Assembly (NCBI GenBank): GCA_030390025.1
Contig: CM059432.1
Span: 98,954,001 to 99,018,000 of the forward strand
Direction: 5' to 3'
Length of the DNA: 64,000 nucleotides
Source of the DNA: Squalus acanthias
Lineage: Eukaryota
Under the pieces are notes generated by a model. It searched no databases. It saw nothing but the letters and a program-made list of their open reading frames with translations, and was not told the DNA's origin. Each line of letters opens with the position of its first letter. The stretch's first letter is position 1. The position numbers and the translations under genes were made by a program. Shown in pieces: positions 12,167-24,234 of the stretch.

Positions 12167-12978
12167 GGTCACAATTTTGCCTGCGCTGGAGAGGCAGGTT
12201 TGGAGGCGGGACTGCCGGGAAAATGGTAGAATCTGGGGGCGGATACCCATCCCACCTCCGTGCCATCTTCCCAGGAGGCGGGTTCCCGACCCGCACCAGG
12301 TCCGGTCTCCAGGAGATGGGAAGGGGATTACAGCCACTTAACTGCCTGTTAACAGGTAGTTAACAGGCAGTTAAGAGGATTATCCCCATTTTTCCAGCAG
12401 AAGTGCGGGCTTCCTGATGTCAGGAAACCCCACCAGGGTCAGCGAGGCGAGCGGGGTCCAAAAGTGCGCTGTGGAGGTGAGTGATGGGTGCAAGTGTGGA
12501 GAGGTCAGTATGTGAGATGAGTGAAAAGTGTTAGAAAAAGTTTCCTTACCCTGTTTCTTCCTGCAGGCTTCAATTGTTGGGGATCCGGAGGCTCCGGCAT
12601 CTCAATGGCAGAGATGACAGAATGGCTGCTGCATTCTCCGATGCAACAGCCATCTGCTTTCTGCTCAGAAAATAGGTTTGGTGAGTCTTGAGTACAAGAA
12701 CTCACCAAACAACAGAGAATGTCAGTGTTTGACAGCTTCTCAAAGCTGTCAAACGATGACAATTCATCTGTCAAAAATTTTTGACAGATGAAACGTCATA
12801 CGCTGATGTTCTCTGTCACCGGCATTCCCTTAATTAGCCTGCTAAGCCCGCTGGGCGGGCTTAACAAGGTCAATCAAGGGAAAATAGCGTGGGTTGGCCA
12901 CAAGTCGATGGAGGCGGGACTAAAACCCGACAAGCAGTAGTCCTGTCTCCAACGCGCCCCCATTGGCAAAATCACCCC
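12167..12978. mobile_element. Harbinger MITE family A (inverted relative to 9349)
   Basis: Ends GGTCACAATTTTGCC ... GGCAAAATCACCCC; TSD CAA; same internal palindromes. Confidence 0.85.
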
Positions 12979-13179
12979 CAAGGCATCTAACAGTAGAAAG
13001 CTATTAGCTTAGAATAGATGAGGGGCTAAAAATTGGATTTCCTCCAAAAATGGGCATGGGGATCGTGATGCACGATTGCCCCATGTCTGTTGAAAGGAAT
13101 GCAGGCAGCACGCAAACTTTTGCCTGCTAATTATAGCGATTGTAGCTTTCAACCCAGCACTGTCACTCAACTTCTTTGC

Positions 13180-13541
13180 TTCAGGGTCCTTCCAAGGATC
13201 AGCAGCAGACATCAGCGGCATCTCCCGGTCGGCCACACACACTTGCATCATGCAGGTTACCGATGCCCTCTTTGCAAAGTCGTACAATTACATCCACTTC
13301 TCCACGGATGAAGCAAGTGTAACCGCGCGTGCGGTTGGCTTTGCAAATATGGCAGGCTTCCCAAGGGTGCAGGGCGTCCTAGACTGCACACATGTGGCCA
13401 TTAGGGCACCCCATCACAACCCAGCTGTATTTGTCAACCGCAAGGGTTTCCACTCCCTTAACGTCCAGCTGGTGTGTAACCACAGGAAGAACATTATGCA
13501 TGTTTGCGCCAAGTTCCCTAGCAGCTGCCATGATTCGTTCA
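13180..13541 (+). pseudogene. Harbinger DDE transposase fragment
   Basis: [20 protein letters not shown]...[14 protein letters not shown]...CHDSFI; closely similar to 63060-63430. Confidence 0.9.
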
Positions 13542-14004
13542 TTGGGGTGATGAATCTTTACTGTGTTATCCAGGAATCTGAGAGGTGCAAATCTTTAAAA
13601 CTATACTAGAAGCCACAGTGAAGCCCACGGTAAATTTACCCCTTGACATCTTATCTGGGACATATTTATTCCAGAGCTTTTTATTAAACAAAGTTGTTTT
13701 AATTTTCCTCAATCCAATTTCCAGAAAATATGAAATTCTGTTTAGAGTTAGTGGAACCTCTCAGGAATATCTTTAGATTAAATTAACTAACTGATTGAAT
13801 TAAGCTCACTTTAGAAATACTTTGGGGATCTAAATTTCCCTATTACAAATAATGAAGCTAAAACTGCTCACACCACATCAGAATGTAACCCTTTCAGATC
13901 TTGATACGGATATCAAGTATATGACCTGAAGTGTCACAAGGTAAAGCTTACCGCAGTTTCTCAAAGACAAAAAAATAATTCTGCATCACTGATAGTTCAG
14001 CAAG

Positions 14005-14345
14005 TTTATCCAATGGCTGAGCCATTTAGACCGCATCAGTACCATGTTCGATTCTCATTCAGCACTAAGTTAGCTGGTGGCAGCAGTGGTGGTGCTATTA
14101 TTTGCCTCTGTATCCTTGGGTTAGGGGTTAGGGGTTAGGGAGCGGAAAAGTGACCAGGGTTCCTGCTCCTGACCAATGCCAGCAACCTCTGCTGACGTGC
14201 ACACGAGGCTCAACTGCAGCTGTCATGCCCTGCACGGTCAGATTCACAGACACGACTGTCAAGGCTCACACGTGATATGGTCATTTGGGGGAAATACTAG
14301 AGGATGACTATACCCCAGCAAGTAGTCAACACCTTCAGGATATGA
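14005..14345 (+). mobile_element. Probable old tRNA-derived SINE
   Basis: B-box-like GTTCGATTC near 14046 after a degenerate A-box; assignment from recalled resemblance only; contains (GGGGTTA)n. Confidence 0.3.
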
Positions 14346-17300
14346 AGGAAGGGGAGAGGCTGATGAGAAGAGAAAGGATAAACTCATACATGCTGTTGGC
14401 AAGCTGCTCTGAGGTATTTGAATAGATTGAACTATTCTATGTCTCTACGCCTCATGTCCATTAACCTCGGATAAAACAAAAAAGGCAAAAGCAATAATTT
14501 TCAAATGCTGTCTTTGTCACATATTCCCTTGGGCTTGGCTAAAGTTGGGTGTCAGGTTGCATTTGACAACATTTGATATGTGCTTCAGCCAATTTCCATT
14601 TATCAGTCACTCACGTCAGTTCTTTTCATATTATTCGCACTGCTTTTATTACACCAAACTCTCCCAGAAACCCATCCAGCAAAGGTTAACTGCATTATCT
14701 TCAGCCAGCTTCCCCATGTGTTTCACCAAAAGAATAAATGACATGCAATATTAGTGACGTGGGGATTTAAGAAGAAGATGGTGCTGCAAGATTTCTCAAA
14801 AATCATTTTTCAGAGCAAAAATTCAGTTTAACACATCCCGTGAGATGCTTCTTTTTTATGAATGGTGCGCTCATGAAAGTAAGAAACTAGTTCTGGGGAA
14901 ATTAAACACGTTCTATTTCAAGAACCTTCAAGCATCAAGCACTCCCAGGTCAGATACCAACATGCTCTTGTAAACAATGACAGAAGCTTATCAACCTTAT
15001 AAATGAATCTGGGCAGAGACTCAACTGGTAGGATGGAATTTCAGAGTCTTCAGAGTTAAAATGCAGCACTTTATTTTCCAGAATTCCCAGTCCACTTTTG
15101 ATATAGTTTATGTCAGAATGTGATTTGGTGCCTTTTCGGCAGATCAAATGAAAATGTGATGTTTGTTTTTGATTTTCTAAGATGAGCTCAATAACATAGC
15201 TTCAAGTGCAGATTTGGATAGGTGTAGGGAACATATTTGTGGTGGGGACATAAAATTGCAGCAGGTGTCATAATAGGATGGCAAAAATTCAGAAAAGCTT
15301 TGGAGAGCTTCCTTGAGCAATGCCATGAGAGATTCATATCAATAAAACTGCTGCCTCTGACATGTGTTCTTCACACATGAGAAATGTCCAAAACGCACAA
15401 ATTACTAATTGAGCTCAAATTCCTTATAAATCAATCAAAACACTTTTATTTCACATTCTCGGAGTACATCTTCTTTCCAAATCCTTTCAGTGGTCATGCG
15501 CATCCCATCCCAAATCTCCCAACCTGGCACCACCTTCCTATCCTTTAGCAACGGTGTTGCTTCCTCCTCACCATGGCCAAAGGCAAAGAATATCTGTTAG
15601 TATGTGTGTAACGTTATGCTCTTACACGTTCAATGTTTAGAAAAGGAGGTTAGATATTTACGGCCTGGTATCTTGGGGCGGATCATGGAGTGGGGTGGGG
15701 GGGGAGGAAGGTGGGGTAACTAGAATATAGCAGGTGGGTACCCACACCATTTTTTGATGCCCATCTCATCTCAGTAAGTGGACCCACTGTTTAAAATTTA
15801 TACCAGGCAATTTTTGAATTTGACATAGGCTAATATGGCTTTTAAAATTTACAATGGCCCCACTTTTATCGAGATCAGGCATTGGTAAATGAGTACGACT
15901 CTTTATGCAGGTGTACAAATGAGGCAGTGCTGGTGGGAATCTTGATGGATGACATTTTCAACCAGCCCTGACTCTTTTAGCGACGTCCACATGGAAGGGG
16001 ACAGGTGCAAATTACTTCCAGCAGAAGTTTCAGTGAACAGAAGAAAGTACAGAGACCTGGAGTAACTGGGTCCTGCTCCAAATTCTGTCCTGCCCACCCA
16101 GATAATGGCACCAGTGCATGCCCAGGGTCCAAACATTTTAGCCCTAAGTTATCTACTAAACTGAGAATGAAAGTTCATGTGGGGGCCCTGTTGTCACTAT
16201 ATGGGTCAATATCTGACTTTATACTTCTAACGGAGAGTCTCATCCTCCGAGCACATCTATTAGAGGTTTGTGAGTGTTCTGTGCATGATTCTCTGACCAT
16301 TTAAGTTAATAGTCATTTGCAGCGTGCAACTAAAATTCCAATATATGTTCTGGCATATGGGGGTCCCTGCTTGGAGCCAGAAAATTATTCCTACCATTTA
16401 TCCAATGGGAAAACGTAACCAAATAATACCTAAATGAATATAGAGAAGGGTTTGTGTTTTGTCGGAATTGGTTAGTAGTGGGAGGAAGCATGTTGTGTCA
16501 CGTGTTGCTTTAGTTTGCCTTAAGCCACCATTAGTGACCAGATTTTGACCTGGCATGAAGAAAGTCCAATTTAAATTCATACAAATGGGTGTTATCCATT
16601 GGATGCATGTCCTCAACTATGTTGTGTTCCCATTGGATCTGATCTGGTCATTTATTAAATGAACAGACCAAACCAAATAATGCATGAGTGACAAAATTGC
16701 AACCACATAACCATTGTGTTAACATGTTTTCTGCTTGCTAATTAAATGTTAAATTGTGACAAAAATGTTTAATAGTTTATTACGTTCTTAATGGCAAAAT
16801 GTCTGTATATTTTATGTTCTATAAGTAAGGCTGAAATAGCATCAAATATGCCAAACAAAATGATTTAATTTTTCCTTCTGTGGAAGCGGAGTTATTCTGG
16901 AAATGGCATTCCTCATGGAAAAATCACAGTGACTACTTGCATCCCTTTTGATACAAGGGGCTCGATTTTGCCAGGCCCGAGGAGGCGGGATTGGAGGCGT
17001 GTGAGGTGGTAAAATCACAAAAAATGGCAGGCGGGCCTGATCCTGCCTCCATCCCGCCTCCGAGCAATTTTCCCAAATGCGTGTTTTCTGACCCCATTTC
17101 CATCCCACCTCCAAAAGGCCAGATAGGCCCTTAAGGCCCTTAACAACCAGTTAAGTGCCTCTATAATTCCATTTTGAGAAACTTTCTGATTTTACCACTT
17201 TTCCCACGTACTGCACGTCTCCTCTGGAACGCGCCAGTGAATCCTGGCGGCCTCACAAGTGGACTGCTTACTAACAGCTGCAGCTCCAACATTAAAAAGG

Positions 17301-19405
17301 AGTTTTCAGCAATCATCATTTGCAGGTGGCAGAACTTTATTGTCTCAGTTCTGGGGGAACTTTTAGCAGGCATACCCATTGTTGTGGAAGTTTGGAGCCT
17401 GACACCCATCTCCAGTGTGACCTTCTGGGAAACCCCTATCGGCACCTTGACTGAGCGCTTCCTCAACTGAGGCATATATCAGAAGCATGGAAACCATTTA
17501 TTTCCTTTCCTCCTGGACATCAGATTCGGACGAAGACCAGCCGTGGCAGCAGTAGAACCATGAACAACAGCAGCACCAACAGCAGCAGCAACAACAGGAG
17601 CGCCAAGCTGCTGCTCATCCACCTGAAGCTGCACAGGCCAGAAGGCGCCAGCGCGTGACCACATTGCTGCCCGGGATGCAAGGGACACACTCATCTTGGC
17701 CAGATTTGCTTAGCCTGCACAATCAAACACTTTTGCCTCGCACCTTCTTATCAGAACATCGACAATGGCCAAGAATCTGCAATTCCTATCACTCTGACCA
17801 CCACACTGACAATTGCAAGTTGCCCGAAGCCCTCAATGTGGAAGTCCCATTTGCGAAATGACACAGGCCACAACTGCAACAGTTTTCCATCAGAAATTTT
17901 TACGACAATAAGCAACTGATGGCTTTTCAAAATTAAAGACAACATTACACCCAAGTGACTACCCTTGTGACTACTTGTGCATTATCTTCCTCTTACGCGT
18001 GCTCCTACGTGGTGCTTCCCCTGTGGCTTCAGCAGATGTGGAGGCCCCTTGCTCACTTTCTTGCTGCTCCTGTCTCGACAACTTTGGCGGCCGTGCCCTT
18101 GGGTTGCGAACCTGTGAGGGCTTGGCAACAGTCTGCTGCTTCTGCGGCTGTGCAGGGGTTGAGACGCCGATCTCAGTTGGGTGGGGACTCTGGTGGGGCT
18201 CTGACCGAGGGCTCTGCAGTGGCATGGTCGTGTGAGCGCCTGGAGAGGAACCCCTACTTCCTTGTTGTCTGCCACCAACATCCCTCTCATGGGTCAGCCC
18301 CACTTCAGAGCTAGCAATTGGCTGGACAGCACCTTGCTGCACTGCAGGGGGGCCACGAGGACGTGTTTCTGCACTGGAAGTCCTACTCCAGAGGACTTGC
18401 ATGAAGGTCTGGTTTGTTTACTCAACAGCTGACCATCGCTCCTCAAGAGATGTCATTCTATTCTGAACAATTACCATGTTTTCCATACCCTGGCGACTAA
18501 GCTCCTCCATGGATGTAGCCATTCTCTCCTCTACCATAGCCATCCTCTCCTCTACGGTAGCCAGCCTTACCAAGGAGGTAGCCATCCTTTCCAAGGAGGT
18601 TGCCATCCTTTCCGCGGTGATGCGTTCTTGCACCAATGCCTCCACAAAGGCTCGGCTCATGTTAGCGATGGACTCCTCCATTCGCTCCACACTCGCAGCG
18701 ACCCTGGAGACAAAACCTGCCAGACACTCCTGCACCTGTTCCTGCAGTTCCATCACCGCTTTCCTTCTGGATGGACCCGGAGGCACAGGGTCGACATGCA
18801 GCTGAGCCGAGCTGGGAGCGTCCTCTCCACTGCGACGAGGACTCTCCACTGCTGTCCCTGTCTCCACCATCTGCTGATGCTCACTTGTGAGCTGTGATAC
18901 ACCAGGTGACAAATCTACTCTATGTCGCAAAGGTCCCACCGAGGTGTGAGTGTCTGCGCTGGTGCTGGGTGCACTTAATTCTGCTGACGGAGCGCCCTCA
19001 GAGGTTGCAGCTTCCTCTGAGGAGTCTGGAAGCTCAGGCTCTTCCTCCTGGACAGTGGGGACGGGGGCTCTCGATGGTCCTGTGGGGGAGTAAAGGAAAG
19101 AGTCAGAGATGTGAGGTAAAGGTTGCATGCACATTGAATTATGCAGATGATCATAACTCAATCTGTTAGAGCATCAGAATCATTATCAGTCACTCATGCA
19201 ATGTCAATGAGAGAGATGCCAAACTATTCTGTCACCAGCTTGCTGTGATGCGCCCGCCTGTCCGTCCCCCACTTGGGAATCCTCCTCGATCCCGACAATT
19301 TTCAGGGCCGCCTCCTGTGGTGAGCTGGGCTACTGAGGGTGGCCCTCCTCCTGTCCTTGCTCTTTCCCTCTTATTGTGGGCTCTCTCTTCCTGCAATGAG
19401 GGACA

Positions 19406-22276
19406 CATAGAAACATAGAAACATAGAACAGTACAGCACAGTACAGGCCCTTCGGCCCTCGATGTTGTGCCGAGCATTGTCCGAGACCAAGATCAAGCTA
19501 TCACACGCCCTATCACTCTGGTGTGCTCCATGTGCTTATCCAATAACCGCTTGAAAGTTCCTAAAGTGTCCGACTCCACTATCACAGCAGGCAGTCCATT
19601 CCACACCCCAACCACTCTCTGAGTAAAGAATCTACCTCGGACATCCCTTCTATATCTCCCCCCATGCACCTTATAGTTATGCCCCCTTGTAACAGCTGCC
19701 TCTACCCGAGGAAATAGTCTCTGAACATCCACTCTATCTATCCCCCTCATCATCTTATAAACCTCTATTAAGTCGCCTCTCATCCTCCTCCGCTCTAAAG
19801 AGAAAAGCCCCAACTCCCTCAATCTTTCCTCATAAGACCTCCCCCCCAAACCAGGCAGCATCCTGGTAAATCTCCTTTGCACTCTTTCCGATGCTTCCAC
19901 GTCCTTCCTATAGTGAGGTGACCAGAACTGCACACAATATTCCAAATGTGGTCTCACCAAGGTCCTGTACAGTTGCAGCATAACCTCACGGTTCTTAAAC
20001 TCAAACCCTCTGTTAATAAACGCCAACACACCATAGGCCTTCTTTACTGCTCTATCCACTTGAGTGGCAACCTTCAGAGATCTGTGGATATGAACCCCCA
20101 GATCCCTCTGCTCCTCCACGTTCCTCAGAACCCTGCCGTTGACCCTGTAATCCTTATTCAAATTTGCCCTACCAAAATGAATCACCTCGCACTTATCAGG
20201 GTTAAATTCCATCTGCCATTTTTCGGCCCAGCTCTGCATCCTATCAATGTCTCTTTGCAGCCTACAACAGCCCTCCACCTCATCCACTGCTCCACCAATC
20301 TTGGTGTCATCAGCAAATTTACTGATCCACCCTTCAGTCCCCTCCTCCAAGTCATTGATAAAAATCACAAACAGCAGAGGACCCAGCACCGACCCCTGTG
20401 GCACACCGCTGGTAACTGGTCTCCAGTCCGAAAATGTTCCATCCACCACCACCCTCTGCCTTCTATGAGATAGCCAGTTACTTATCCAATCGGCCAAATT
20501 TCCCTCTATCCCACAACTCCTTACTTTCTTCATGAGCCGACCATGGGGAACCTTATCAAACGCCTTACTAAAATCCATGTATACGACATCAACTGCTCTA
20601 CCTTCATCTACACACTTAGTTACCTCCTCAAAGAATTCAATCAAATTTGTTAGGCAAGACTTACCCTTCACGAATCCGTGTTGACTTTCCCTGATTAAGT
20701 TGCCCCTTTCCAAATGGTCATAAATCCTATCCCTCAGGACCTTTTCCATTATCTTACCAACCACTGAAGTAAGACTAACCGGCCTATAATTACCAGGGTC
20801 ATTCCTATTTCCTTTTTTGAAGAGAGGAACAACATTCGCCACTCTCCAGTCCTCTGGCACCATTCCCGTGGACAGTGAGGACCCAAAGATCAAAGCCAGA
20901 GGCTCTGCAATCTCCTCCCTTGCCTCCCAAAGAATCCTAGGATATATCCCATCTGGCCCAGGGGACTTATCGACCCTCAGGTTCTTCAAAATTGCTAAAA
21001 CATCTTCCCTCAGAATATCTACCACCTCCAGCCTATCCACCTTTATCACACTCTCATCCTCAAGAACATGGCCCCTCTCCTCGGTGAACACTGACGAAAA
21101 GTATTCATTCATCACCTCTCCTATCTCTTCTGACTCCATGCACAAGTTCCCACTACTGTCCTTGACCGGCCCTACCCTCACCCTGGTCATTCTTTTATTT
21201 CTCACATAAGAGTAAAAGGCCTTGGGGTTTTTCTTGATCCAACCCGCCAAGGACTTCTCATGCCCCCTCCTAGCTCTCCTAAGCTCTTTTTTTAGCTCAT
21301 TCCTTGCTACCTTGTACCCCTCAATCGACCCAACTGAACCTTGTTTTCTCATCCTTACATACGCTTCCTTTTTCCTCTTGACTAGACATTCAACCTCTTT
21401 TGTGAACCATGGTTCTCTCACTCGGCCATCTCCTCCCTGCCTGACAGGGACATACCTATCAAGGACACGCAGTAATTGCTCCAAGAAAAAGCTCCACTTT
21501 TCGTTTGTGCCTTTCCCTGATAGTTTCTGTTCCCATCTTGTACTCCCTAATTCTTGCCTAATCGCATAATAATTACCCCTCCCCCAATTATAAACCCTGC
21601 CCTGCCGTATGGCCCTATCCCTCTCCATTGCAATAGTGAAAGTTACCGAATTGTGGTCACTATCTCCAAAGTGCTCTCCCACATACAAATCAAACACTTG
21701 GCCCGGTTCATTACCCAGTACCAAATCCAACGTGGCCCCACCTCTTGTCGGCCTATCCACATATTGTGTCAGGAAACCCTCCTGCACACACTGTGCAAAA
21801 ACTATCCCATCCGAACTGTTTGACCTATAAAGGTTCCAATCAATATTTGGAAATTTGAAGTCACCCATGACAACTACTCTGTGACCTCCACACCTATTCA
21901 TAATCTGCTTTGCAATTTCTTCCTCCACATCTTTATTACTATTTGGAGGCCTGTAGAAAACTCCTAACAACATGACCGCTCCTTTCCTATTTCTAACTTC
22001 AGCCCATATTACCTCAGACGGCAGATCCCCCTCGAACTGCCTTTCTGCCGCTGTTAAACTATCCTTGATTAACAATGCTACTCCTCCACCTTTCTTACCA
22101 ACTTCCCTACTCTTACTGAAACATCTATACCCCGGAACTTCCAACAACCATTCCTGTCCCTGTTCTAACCATGTCTCCGTAATGGCCACCACATCGTAGT
22201 CCCAAGTACCAATCCACGCTCCAAGTTCTCCTACCTTATTCCGGATGCTCCTTGCATTGAAGTAGACACACTTCAT
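19406..22276 (-). mobile_element. Young CR1 LINE, 5'-truncated at the ORF2 start
   Basis: (TTTCTATG)n tail; 3-bp duplication CAT (19406-19408, 22274-22276); the empty site is visible in copy 1 near 2503. Confidence 0.95.
19493..22276 (-). CDS. CR1 ORF2, APE endonuclease + reverse transcriptase, uninterrupted (927 aa from the junction ATG)
   Basis: YFNARS, ITETWL, GDF, SDH endonuclease motifs; [23 protein letters not shown] motifs; no stops. The first 23 aa of the 950-aa track ORF are Harbinger intron sequence. Confidence 0.95.
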   Translation of the reverse strand: MKCVYFNARSIRNKVGELGAWIGTWDYDVVAITETWLEQGQEWLLEVPGYRCFSKSREVGKKGGGVALLIKDSLTAAERQFEGDLPSEVIWAEVRNRKGAVMLLGVFYRPPNSNKDVEEEIAKQIMNRCGGHRVVVMGDFKFPNIDWNLYRSNSSDGIVFAQCVQEGFLTQYVDRPTRGGATLDLVLGNEPGQVFDLYVGEHFGDSDHNSVTFTIAMERDRAIRQGRVYNWGRGNYYAIRQELGSTRWEQKLSGKGTNEKWSFFLEQLLRVLDRYVPVRQGGDGRVREPWFTKEVECLVKRKKEAYVRMRKQGSVGSIEGYKVARNELKKELRRARRGHEKSLAGWIKKNPKAFYSYVRNKRMTRVRVGPVKDSSGNLCMESEEIGEVMNEYFSSVFTEERGHVLEDESVIKVDRLEVVDILREDVLAILKNLRVDKSPGPDGIYPRILWEAREEIAEPLALIFGSSLSTGMVPEDWRVANVVPLFKKGNRNDPGNYRPVSLTSVVGKIMEKVLRDRIYDHLERGNLIRESQHGFVKGKSCLTNLIEFFEEVTKCVDEGRAVDVVYMDFSKAFDKVPHGRLMKKVRSCGIEGNLADWISNWLSHRRQRVVVDGTFSDWRPVTSGVPQGSVLGPLLFVIFINDLEEGTEGWISKFADDTKIGGAVDEVEGCCRLQRDIDRMQSWAEKWQMEFNPDKCEVIHFGRANLNKDYRVNGRVLRNVEEQRDLGVHIHRSLKVATQVDRAVKKAYGVLAFINRGFEFKNREVMLQLYRTLVRPHLEYCVQFWSPHYRKDVEASERVQRRFTRMLPGLGGRSYEERLRELGLFSLERRRMRGDLIEVYKMMRGIDRVDVQRLFPRVEAAVTRGHNYKVHGGRYRRDVRGRFFTQRVVGVWNGLPAVIVESDTLGTFKRLLDKHMEHTRVIGRVIA

Positions 22277-23712
22277 GTGGAGTTTGAGTGAGAATGAAGG
22301 AGTGAGTGTAGAGAATCCATAGCATAGATGCTTAGAAGGAGACAAAAGGGCCCACCCTGTGTGTTGTAAGTTGTTGTCATTGCGTCACAGTGATAGGGAG
22401 TGTGAGGGCTGCATGGTCAAATAGTTAAGTGAATGTGACCATAGAGAGAGAGGGAATGGGTGAGGGTGCAGGGATGTCAGTGTCAAGTGGGATGTGGAGG
22501 AAGAGGTTGGCAAAGCAGAGTGCTGGTGAGGAGAGGCGATGAGGATGAGATTGAGAATGATGAGAAAGTCATACTCACTTTTCCTGTGCGGAGAAGGTCA
22601 TGAAACCTCTTCCTGCACTGCAGCCAGGTTCTGCGGCACATAGAGATGGCATTGACCTCCTGGGCCACTTGCAGCCACACAGCTTTAGTCTGTTGTGGTG
22701 GCTTTTTTCTTCCTGAGGAAGGGAAGAGCACCTCCTTATTAGATCTTGCTCCCTGCACCAGAGCTTGGAGGGAGGGCTCATCAAAGCGAGGTGCACACTT
22801 TTGCTTGCTGGTGGAGATGGTCGGTAAATGAAGTCCTTTATATAATGTCCAAAGCATTTCCAGTCTCCAGAAGAATCAAGGCTGCTTGCAGGCCTTAAAT
22901 CCAACAGCATTGATGACGTAATCGGAGGCGACTTTCTGTATGAAAAGACTCATTGGGCCAGTGGTTCCCACACGCAGGAAATCAATTGTCCAATTAGGGG
23001 AAAATCCCACTTTTTCAACACATCACTTAGGAGTCGGGGTCCTGACACGATTTCCACCTGACACGCCCCAGCCCGCCCACACTGACAAAATCCAGCCCAA
23101 GGCTATGTTCTGTCAGCTGTGTTTCAGATCAGAATATCATCATTTTATTTTTCTTTCCAGTTTTCTGATTTTTTATTTTTAATTTGTGCAGAAGAATTGT
23201 GTCATTTTCCGAATTGTATTTTAGGATTACAATTATTGTTTTCTTCAAAGTGACCTATGTGGTAGGGCATCTTTTCCATACGTAATTTATTAATGGTCTG
23301 CTATATAGATTGGTGGTGTTAGAAATGTTTTCACCATTTTGTAAGGCGTTCCAATTTCTGAAAGTTGATAAGATTTGTGTTACTTTGGGGAACTAAATTC
23401 ATTGTAATCTCATCATTGGAGGAATAATTGGATATTTGGGTTAAATAATAGAGGAAGGCTGACTGTGGTCCTGAGCTGAATAGTGGAAGAGCAATAGAAG
23501 CCGAGCATCATGTTTGGGTAGCAGTGAAATGAATTGCTAGATGTATGAAGTGTCTTGGAAGGATAGTTCACAAGTCTAACAAATGTATGTTTGAAACGGT
23601 CTTGTGTTACCTTTGGCAATTTATCGTATATCTCGCAAAAATGAAAAATTAAATTAACTAGTTTATCCTGAAGAAAAATAACTGATGGGCAAGGCAATTT
23701 ACAATTTTTGTT

Positions 23713-24066
23713 CATAGAGTCATAGCGGCACAGAAGGAGGCCATTCGGCCCATCGAGTCCGTGCCGGCTCTCTGTAGAGCAATCCAGTCAGTCCCATTCC
23801 CCCGCTATGTCCCCGTAGCCCTGCAAGTTTATTTCCCTCTAGTGCCTATCCAGTCTCCCCTTGAAAACATTGAGTGTCTCCGCTTCCACCACTTCCATCA
23901 GCAGCGAGTTCAAGGTCCTCACCACTCACTGCGTAAAAAAGTTTTTCCTCACATCCCCCCTGTATCTCTTGCCCAAAACCTTAAATCTATGTCTCCTAGT
24001 CCTTGTACCAACAACTAGTGGGAACAGCCTTTCCCCGTCTAGCCTATCTAAACCTGTCATAATCTT
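23713..24066 (-). mobile_element. CR1 LINE 3' fragment
   Basis: KIMTGLDRLDGERLFPLV...RKNFFTQ plus 3' UTR ending ...ATGACTCTATG. Confidence 0.85.
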
Positions 24067-24191
24067 GATGTGGAGATGCCGGCGTTGGACTGGGGTGGAC
24101 AAAAATGAGAAGTCGCACAACACCAGGTTATAGTCCAACAGATTTATTTGAAATTACAAGCTTTCGGAGCTGTCGCCCCTTCCTCAGGTAA
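24067..24191 (-). mobile_element. Penelope-like terminal fragment with hammerhead-like core
   Basis: Matches 1224-1343; - strand reads TTAC-CTGAGGA-aggggcgacagctcc-GAAAGCTT-GTAA. Confidence 0.75.
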
Positions 24192-24234
24192 AGTTAAAAT
24201 GAGTGAATCTACAATGTTTCACAGTATATAAACA

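Larger units (their letters stand above)
17971..22818 (-). pseudogene. Harbinger Myb/SANT gene of copy 2 (exons 22818-22579, 19390-19236, 19079-17971)
   Basis: APRFDEPSLQALVQ...AVWLQVAQEVN...TWLQCRKRFHDLLRTGK; start codon reads ATC; small deletions in exons 2 and 3; ends PRRSTRKRKIMHK*. Confidence 0.85.
16958..23098 (-). mobile_element. PIF/Harbinger Myb-only element (copy 2, inverted) carrying a CR1 in Myb intron 1
   Basis: TIRs GGGCTCGATTTTGCCAG ... CTGACAAAATCCAGCCC; TSD AAG; same transposase stub (about 17487-17713, +) and same deletion junction as copy 1. Confidence 0.92.

Noticed and set aside
22277..22345. N-terminal 23 aa of the 950-aa track ORF
   Set aside because: Harbinger intron sequence read through from a non-ATG start; also present at 2435-2503.
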